DNA of 13,786 nt from an uncultured Eubacteriales bacterium (GTDB lineage Bacteria; Bacillota; Clostridia; TANB77; RGIG9151). The notes beneath the pieces are model-generated. The model searched no databases. It was given only the letters and a program-made list of their open reading frames with translations, and had not been told where the DNA came from. The stretch is taken from contig CAZXFU010000005.1 in the NCBI GenBank assembly GCA_964640345.1, positions 17,370 to 31,155 of the forward strand, given 5' to 3'. How positions within the stretch are numbered: position 1 is the stretch's first letter; each line of letters begins with the position of its first letter. Below, piece by piece: positions 8,447 to 13,786 of this stretch. Position numbers and translations under genes: made by a program.

Positions 8447-11400
8447 CCGGAAGAGGAACAGGATAGGATTTTAACGAGGTTTAATAATGTTGAACTTAGT
8501 GATGAGTCAGCAGATATTCAGGTTGAAAAACGTAAAAACAGAAATGTTAAGGCGTATATTTTGGATTCAAACAGAGTGGCTTTACCTATAGGTATACCTG
8601 GAGATTTATATGTTAGCAGGAAGATAAGTGGTGACGAGATTGAAAATCCTTATGAACCAGGCAAAAAGTTATATAAGCTCGGGGTTATTGCAAGATGGTA
8701 TCCTAAGGGAGATATTGAGATATTAAATAGCGATGACGAGAGGCTTCTTGTACCTAAGTTTAATATGAAACGTCCTGTAAAGACTATTAATACTGTTTGG
8801 ACAGGAAGTTTTGTTACAGAACCTGTTAAACCTTATGTTAAGAGATTTGCCAGAGTTTTTAACTATAGAATAAAAATGGATTTTGCGGATTACAATCAAG
8901 TACTTCAAGAGTTAGTGGATAAAAGTAGTAAGATAAATACAAACAAAGACGGAATAAATGTAATTTTGTTAAGGCTTGAAGATTATATTAGAGATAATTC
9001 GGGTAGTGCTAGTGAGAAGATAGCTATAGTCGAGGAAACTACAAAAAGGCTTATTGATTTACTTGCTAAGGTTGAGAGTACTACGTTGTTTGGCATATTT
9101 AAGAAATCTAACAGAATTAGCGACGAAAGAATTCTTAATTCTATAGAAGAGAATAGTGAGAAAATACTTTCTGGTATTAAGTCCAATAAGAATATTTTTG
9201 AGTTAGATATTAAAAATATAGTGGCTGATTACTGTATAGAGAATAAATTTGATGATGAAAATGATAAAATTGCTCATATCCCTTATACTAAGGAGTTTTA
9301 TGCGGGGCTTTCGGCTGAAATTTGCAGAAAGATAGTTGCACTTACAAGAAAACCATACAAGGTTATTGTACTTGATTGCGATAATACTTTGTGGGGTGGT
9401 GTTTGTGGTGAAGTTGGTACGCATGGCATCGAAATTTCAGAAGGGTTTAAGTCGTTACAGAGATTTGTGCTTAATAAACAAAAAGAAGGTTTTTTACTTG
9501 CAATTGCAAGTAAAAACAATTTTGAAGATGTTCTTGATGTTTTTGATAATAATGATGATATGCTATTAAAGAGAGAGGACATTGTAAATTGGAAAGTAAA
9601 TTGGGATAATAAGGCTGATAATGTAAAGAAAATGGCGAAAGAACTTAATTTGGGCATAGATAGTTTTATTTTCTTAGATGACAATCCTATGGAATGTATG
9701 AATATGATGACCGCTATTCCTGAGGTGCTTACGTTGAATGTGCCATCTAAAGAGGCCATTCCTATGTTTTTAAGGCATTTATGGGCTACGGATAATTTGA
9801 TTGTTACTGCCGAGGACAGGGAAAGAAGTAAGAGATATATAGAAGAGCAAAAGAGAAAAGATGCTGAAAAAAGCGTTAATTCTCTTGGAGAGTTTATTAA
9901 GGAGTTAAATATAAAGGTTAGCATGAGGGAAATTGCCGAGTGTGAAGTGCCGCGTGCTTCACAAATGACACTTCGTACAAATCAGTTTAATCTTAGTACG
10001 ATAAGAAGAACTGAAAAGGATTTGGAGGAGCTTATAGGGGATGACTCGTATAAAGTTTTTGTAATTGAGGCAAATGACAAGTTTGGAGAGTATGGAATAA
10101 TCGGACTTGTAATTTTGAAAGTTGAAGATGTTATAAAGGTTGATACTTTCTTATTAAGTTGTAGAATTCTTGGCAGGAATATTGAAAACATTATATTAGA
10201 CGGGATCAAAATTTTTGCTGATGGTATTGGCAAGGAAAAGGCTGTGTTTGAGTACATAAAGTCTGAGAAAAATAAGCCTATACTAAATTTTTTAGACAAG
10301 ACACCATTTTTTTGTTCGAAGAAGGGAACAGATTCAGCTGTTTATGAACTGACTATGAAAGATGTCCCTCAGATTGAAGATGTGGAATTATTATATAATA
10401 GGGCTTTTGAAAAAAGGGCAGTATGCGAAGAAAAAATAGAAGTAAGTGCACCTGTTATAAAAGAGAGTGATACAAGTTCTAATAACGGCGAGCTTATTTT
10501 GGTTAACAACAAGCTTATAAAAAGTGCTACTAATAAGGAATATCTGGTTGTTTTAAGAGAATATACAGGTCAGAAGATTATTGACTCAATAGAGAATAAG
10601 ATTATAAAAGGTGAATACAGAAAGCCGACTACAGATACGGAAGTAAGACTTTGTCAGATTTGGTGTGATGCCTTAAAATTAAAGCAAGTCGGTATATCAA
10701 ATGATTTCTTTGAAATCGGTGGAGATTCGCTTTCCGCTGTTTTTGTGTTATCTCAAATATTAAAAGAATTTAAGGTTACACTTGGCCTTACAGATTTGTT
10801 CACTGCTAAAACTATAAGAGAGATTGCTGAACTTATTGACAAGAAAAAAGTTGAGGAATATCTCCCTATTCCGAATGTACCAAAAAGCGAGTACTATGAA
10901 TTGTCTTCTGCACAGTCAAGAATGTTCTTAATAAATCAGATTGAAGGCGGAAGTGCTAAATATAATGAAACTCAGATGCTAAGGGTAAAGGGAAATTTAG
11001 ATAAAGATAGGCTTGAAAATGCGTTTAAAGAGATAATAAAGAGGCATGAAATTTTAAGAACAGGATTTTTCATGGTAGATAATAAACCTGTTCAAAAAGT
11101 CTTTGATAGTGTGCCTTTTAAAATTAAATATTTAGATGCGGACGAAAGCGAATTAGATGAGATAAAGAACGAGTTTGTGAAGGCATTCAACTTGGGTAAT
11201 CCGCCTCTACTTAGAGTGCTTTTGGTTAGGATTAATGACCATGAACATATGATGTTTTTTGATATACACCATATTGTTATAGATGGCACGTCGTTTGGTA
11301 TTTTTATAAATGAAGTTTTAAGTTTATATGAAGGAAGAAAGCTTTGTGAGATTAAGAAGCAATATAAGGATTTTGCTGCTTGGCAGAATAATGAGGCTAA

Positions 11401-13786
11401 ATCCGAAACAATAAAAAAACAAGAAGATTTTTGGATGAAGCAGTTTGAAGATGAAATTCCTGTATTGAATCTTCCGACAGACTTTGCAAGACCGCTTGTT
11501 CCAAGTGGCAAAGGAAATAAAGTTTATTTTACAATCGATAAAAAGACTACAAAAAGTATAAAAAATATATGTCAAGAAACAGAAACGACGATGTTTATGT
11601 TTTTATTTGCAGTTTATAATGTTTTATTGCACAGATATTCTAATCAAGAAGATATTGTGGTTGGAATTCCTGTTGCGGGCAGAAATCATCCGGATACTGA
11701 AAATATGCTAGGTATGTTTATAAACACTCTTCCAATAAGAACTGCTCCAAAGGGAAACATGACTTTCGTTGAGTATTTACTGCAAGTAAAAGATGTGATT
11801 ATAAAGTGCTTAGAAAATCAAGAATTCCAATACGAGAAGATTGTTAATGTGTTAAATGTTACAAGAGATATGAGCAGAAATCCTTTGTTTGACGTTATGT
11901 TTTCGCTTCAAAACATGGACATTCCAAAGACAAAGACCAGTGATTTGGAATTTGAACAACTTGAGTTTTCAAATGGTACTTCAAAGCAAGATTTAAGTAT
12001 GTTTATTAGAGAAGTTGATGATAAACTGGAAATTGAGACTGAATTTAGTACGGATTTGTATAAGGCTGAGTCAATTAATCGTTTCAATGAGCATTATTCT
12101 AATTGCATTAAAGCAATTTTAAGCAAGCTTGACGCGAAGTTAGGCGAGTTTGATTTCTTAACTCGTGATGAAAAGAGTGTAATTAAGGCATTTAACAGTA
12201 CTTCATATGTATATAATGAAAGCTTAACGGTAAAAACACTTTTTGAAGAGCAGGTTAAAAAGACGCCAAATAATATTGCAATAGTTTTTGGCGGCGAAGA
12301 AATATCATATTTAGATTTAAACAAAAGGGCTAATAGGGTTGCAACAATATTACGTGAAAACGGTATAGGACCTAATAAATCTGTTGGTGTTATGCTTGAC
12401 AGATCGATAGAATTAATCGTTGCTTTGCTGGGTGTTGTTAAAGCGGGTGGATTTTATGTGCCGATAGATCCTGAGTATCCTCAAGAGAGAATTGAGTACA
12501 TATTAAATAACAGTAAGACAAATGTATTACTTACGCAAGAAAGATTAAAAGATAAGGTTGAATTTTCGGGTAATAAGTTATTGATGAGTAAGGAATTAGG
12601 TGTTGAAGATAAAAATCCTGAGTCGATAAACGATAAAGATGATTTGATTTATACAATTTATACGTCAGGTTCAACAGGAAATCCTAAAGGAGTAATGCTT
12701 ACTATAAAAAATATTGTTAACTTTATTTTTGGAGTGAAGAACAGAATTAAATTTACACAAGAAGAAGTTATACTTGGTATTACAACTGCATCCTTCGACA
12801 TTTTCGTACTTGAGACTTGGTTGCCGTTATGCTCCGGATTAAAGATTGCACTTACTTCTGCTTCAGAGCAGTTAAATGTAAGAAAAATAATAGAGGTTAT
12901 AAAGAATAATAGAGTTACAACGGTGCAAATGACCCCTTCAAGATTAAAACCTGTTTTGCAGTTTGGAAGCACGGATGATTTCGCTAATTTACAAAATGTA
13001 TTAGTAGGTGGGGAACCGCTTACTCCTGAAGTTTTGAAGTTGGCTCAGGAAAAGACAAGTGCGAAGATATACAATATGTATGGCCCTACTGAAACTGCGG
13101 TTTGGTCTTCAATAGCAGATATGACAGACACAGAAGAAATTACGATTGGTGAGCCTATTGCAAACACGACTTTCTACGTTTTGAATGATCAAGGAGCAAT
13201 TCAGCCATTTAATGTAGAAGGGGAATTGTGCATTGGCGGTAGCGGACTTTCCGCAGGTTATAAGGACAGAGAAGATTTAACGAAAGATAAGTTTATCGAT
13301 AATGCTTTGGTGGGAGAGAAGATTTATAAAACCGGAGATAAAGTGAAATTAACCGATGAAATAAAACTAAGATTTATTGGAAGAATTGATAACCAGATTA
13401 AGTTTAGAGGTTATAGAATTGAAGTCCAGGATATTGAAAGCAACATTACTAAATATAACGGAATAGATAAATGCGTGGTTGTGCTGAATAATAAAGGCGA
13501 TCAACTATGTGCATATTATGTGTCTGATTTTGAGATAGACGATAAGCTTATAAAGGAGTATTTGTTTAATAAATTACCAAATTATATGATACCCACATAT
13601 TTTGAAAGGTTAGAGGAATTTCCGTTTACTCCAAATGGCAAAATTGATAGGAAAAAATTGAAAGAGAAGGCTGACAATACTGAATTCGCTAATGAAAATT
13701 CTGAGATTGACGGTGAAATTCAAGAAAAACTTTGTAAATGTTTCCAAAAGGCTTTGGATATTCCAACAATAAATAAGAATGAGAAT
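7157..13786 (+). CDS. Nonribosomal peptide synthetase, N-terminal 2,210 aa (3' end outside the window); C - A relic - FkbH-like - T - C - A(Gly) - T...
   Basis: This ORF is not in the supplied track. The ATG at 7157 follows GGGAGGG with a 6-nt spacer. Manual translation of every codon from 7157 to 13786 found no stop, and 6,630 nt is exactly 2,210 codons. It contains two sets of condensation core motifs, one full adenylation motif set A1-A10, GGDSL carrier motifs and HAD-IIIC/FkbH motifs (see the domain entries). Confidence 0.95.
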   Translation, partial: MKNLYGLTYSQKNILNISNLYPNSAINCISGTFKIVGSGNAEALKRAINLYVKDNDGLRIRITKDSGEFLQYIEDYSEITLEEIEFDNERELYIWEEIESKTTIPTLDNALFYFKIIKIKNGDIGYFVKCNHIISDAWTFVVLVNGIMEYYKEIVSDNKVIEIIKPSIVEHIEAEEAYFKSERFKKDKKYWEDNLDDINLKTILKKRNKNSIEAKRTSVVLPSRLNEKIYEYCKENKTSPFNLFVSALAMYVKRATNKEDVIIGTTTLNRTNAKEKEMCGMFVNTCPIRIKIKDTMNFNEVVKSLNISSMSLLRHQKYPYELLTEDLREKYDFKDNLFDIVLNYQNAKFESSDETGINYTTRWHFSGSQVESLIININDREDSGQLIVSYDYLKDCFNFKEIEYLHKHMIGLLWHALDNDAKNIANIEMLPEEEQDRILTRFNNVELSDESADIQVEKRKNRNVKAYILDSNRVALPIGIPGDLYVSRKISGDEIENPYEPGKKLYKLGVIARWYPKGDIEILNSDDERLLVPKFNMKRPVKTINTVWTGSFVTEPVKPYVKRFARVFNYRIKMDFADYNQVLQELVDKSSKINTNKDGINVILLRLEDYIRDNSGSASEKIAIVEETTKRLIDLLAKVESTTLFGIFKKSNRISDERILNSIEENSEKILSGIKSNKNIFELDIKNIVADYCIENKFDDENDKIAHIPYTKEFYAGLSAEICRKIVALTRKPYKVIVLDCDNTLWGGVCGEVGTHGIEISEGFKSLQRFVLNKQKEGFLLAIASKNNFEDVLDVFDNNDDMLLKREDIVNWKVNWDNKADNVKKMAKELNLGIDSFIFLDDNPMECMNMMTAIPEVLTLNVPSKEAIPMFLRHLWATDNLIVTAEDRERSKRYIEEQKRKDAEKSVNSLGEFIKELNIKVSMREIAECEVPRASQMTLRTNQFNLSTIRRTEKDLEELIGDDSYKVFVIEANDKFGEYGIIGLVILKVEDVIKVDTFLLSCRILGRNIENIILDGIKIFADGIGKEKAVFEYIKSEKNKPILNFLDKTPFFCSKKGTDSAVYELTMKDVPQIEDVELLYNRAFEKRAVCEEKIEVSAPVIKESDTSSNNGELILVNNKLIKSATNKEYLVVLREYTGQKIIDSIENKIIKGEYRKPTTDTEVRLCQIWCDALKLKQVGISNDFFEIGGDSLSAVFVLSQILKEFKVTLGLTDLFTAKTIREIAELIDKKKVEEYLPIPNVPKSEYYELSSAQSRMFLINQIEGGSAKYNETQMLRVKGNLDKDRLENAFKEIIKRHEILRTGFFMVDNKPVQKVFDSVPFKIKYLDADESELDEIKNEFVKAFNLGNPPLLRVLLVRINDHEHMMFFDIHHIVIDGTSFGIFINEVLSLYEGRKLCEIKKQYKDFAAWQNNEAKSETIKKQEDFWMKQFEDEIPVLNLPTDFARPLVPSGKGNKVYFTIDKKTTKSIKNICQETETTMFMFLFAVYNVLLHRYSNQEDIVVGIPVAGRNHPDTENMLGMFINTLPIRTAPKGNMTFVEYLLQVKDVIIKCLENQEFQYEKIVNVLNVTRDMSRNPLFDVMFSLQNMDIPKTKTSDLEFEQLEFSNGTSKQDLSMFIREVDDKLEIETEFSTDLYKAESINRFNEHYSNCIKAILSKLDAKLGEFDFLTRDEKSVIKAFNSTSYVYNESLTVKTLFEEQVKKTPNNIAIVFGGEEISYLDLNKRANRVATILRENGIGPNKSVGVMLDRSIELIVALLGVVKAGGFYVPIDPEYPQERIEYILNNSKTNVLLTQERLKDKVEFSGNKLLMSKELGVEDKNPESINDKDDLIYTIYTSGSTGNPKGVMLTIKNIVNFIFGVKNRIKFTQEEVILGITTASFDIFVLETWLPLCSGLKIALTSASEQLNVRKIIEVIKNNRVTTVQMTPSRLKPVLQFGSTDDFANLQNVLVGGEPLTPEVLKLAQEKTSAKIYNMYGPTETAVWSSIADMTDTEEITIGEPIANTTFYVLNDQGAIQPFNVEGELCIGGSGLSAGYKDREDLTKDKFIDNALVGEKIYKTGDKVKLTDEIKLRFIGRIDNQIKFRGYRIEVQDIESNITKYNGIDKCVVVLNNKGDQLCAYYVSDFEIDDKLIKEYLFNKLPNYMIPTYFERLEEFPFTPNGKIDRKKLKEKADNTEFANENSEIDGEIQEKLCKCFQKALDIPTINKNEN
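8444..8740 (+). other. Vestigial adenylation-domain relic (aa 430-528)
   Basis: LPEEEQDRILTRFNN (8444-8488) is a typical C-A junction and A-domain leader. About 20 aa later comes AYILDSNRVALPIGIPGDLYV..., then KLYKLGVIARWYPKGDIEILNSDDE (8546-8740). This mirrors the xYVLD...P.G..GELxIGG / YxTGD / DG.IEflGR.D region (A6-A8). The roughly 330 aa carrying A1-A5 are absent, and GG, TGD and GRxD are mutated. Confidence 0.65.
8777..10369 (+). other. FkbH-like domain (HAD superfamily subfamily IIIC), aa 541-1071; predicted glyceryl (1,3-bisphosphoglycerate-derived) loading unit
   Basis: The HAD motifs are intact: motif I, VLDCDNTLWGGV (DCDNT at 9374-9388); motif II, LLAIASKNN; motif III Lys in NWDNKADNVKKMAKEL; motif IV, FIFLDDNPME (DD at 9677-9682). 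The N-terminal extension typical of FkbH-like proteins is present (WTGSFVTEPVKPYVK...ILLRLEDY). So is the C-terminal acyltransferase-like block, FGEYGIIGLV...FLLSCRILGRNIE (Cys at 10160-10162). Confidence 0.8.
10628..10849 (+). other. Thiolation / carrier domain T1 (aa 1158-1231)
   Basis: TDTEVRLCQIWCDALKLKQVGISNDFFEIGGDSLSAV, with the phosphopantetheine-attachment Ser at 10727-10729. The following helices LSQILKEFKVTLGLTDLF...IREIAELI fit the PCP/ACP fold pattern. Confidence 0.85.
10889..12151 (+). other. NRPS condensation domain C2 (aa 1245-1665), canonical
   Basis: YELSSAQSRMFLI (C1), RHEILRTGF (C2), DIHHIVIDGTS (C3; HHIVIDG at 11267-11287), YKDFAAWQ (C4), LGMFINTLPIR (C5), NQEFQYE (C6), RDMSRNPLFD (C7). 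Confidence 0.9.
12152..13660 (+). other. NRPS adenylation domain A2 (aa 1666-2168), predicted glycine-activating
   Basis: All core motifs are intact: ISYLDLNKRAN, VKAGGFYVPID, YTSGSTGNPKG (12659-12691), SFDIF, NMYGPTE, GELCIGGSGLSAGY, YKTGD, GRIDNQIKFRGYRIE, LPNYMIP, PNGKIDRKKL. Ten specificity residues were read by gap-free alignment to GrsA-PheA numbering and give D-I-L-Q-L-G-M-V-W-K. Confidence 0.9.
13703..13786 (+). other. Start of carrier domain T2 (truncated by the window edge)
   Basis: EIDGEIQEKLCKCFQKALDIPTINKNEN matches the first helix of a PCP (x-E-x-L-x-x-I/F-x-x-x-L...) just upstream of where FFxxGG(H/D)SL would be expected. The Ser motif itself lies beyond the window. Confidence 0.5.

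Noticed and set aside
7180-12972. Eleven minus-strand ORFs in the track (e.g. 9298-9924, 208 aa; 11092-11511, 139 aa; 9982-10299; 12658-12972) plus the + strand ORF 9336-9569
   Set aside because: All lie inside, and mostly antisense to, the motif-rich 2,210-codon NRPS frame. Their translations are low-complexity S/L/I/F/K-rich strings with no recognisable motifs or RBS. They are shadow ORFs expected in AT-rich coding DNA.
1-13786. A scan for CRISPR arrays, tRNA/rRNA genes, IS/transposase or integrase genes, toxin-antitoxin pairs and long direct or inverted repeats
   Set aside because: Reading both strands by eye found none. The only internal similarity noted is between the A-domain relics and A2 within the NRPS gene, reported separately. 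Computational repeat and tRNA scans were not possible here.

Overview
This is an AT-rich segment (roughly one-third G+C by eye, with AGA/ATA/TTA-biased codons) that looks like a low-GC Firmicute, probably Clostridia-type, chromosome. The first ~7 kb is ordinary. It holds the 3' end of a MATE efflux gene, then a motif-decayed, hinge-truncated acyl-CoA-synthetase-like gene translationally coupled to an M50 site-2-protease-family gene. After that come dxs, a convergent membrane-anchored polysaccharide deacetylase, and mltG. The main content is missing from the supplied ORF track. From the ATG at 7157 (GGGAGGG RBS, TTGAAA-N17-TAAAAT promoter upstream) the reading frame stays open for 2,210 codons, to the last base of the window. 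I translated it codon by codon and found no stop; it was presumably skipped because it has no stop inside the window. It encodes the start of a giant nonribosomal peptide synthetase. The domain order is: C domain with an atypical NHIISDAW active site, a vestigial adenylation-domain relic, a full-length FkbH-like (HAD-IIIC) glyceryl-loading unit, T, a canonical C domain (HHIVIDG), an A domain with specificity code DILQLGMVWK (glycine-like), and the start of a second T. Module 1 therefore appears to load a glycerate-derived hydroxy acid without adenylation, in a slot where an A domain has decayed. The predicted product begins (acyl?)-glyceroyl-Gly-. No tRNA, rRNA, CRISPR, transposase or long repeats were seen by eye. 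All family assignments come from motif recognition; no database search was possible.
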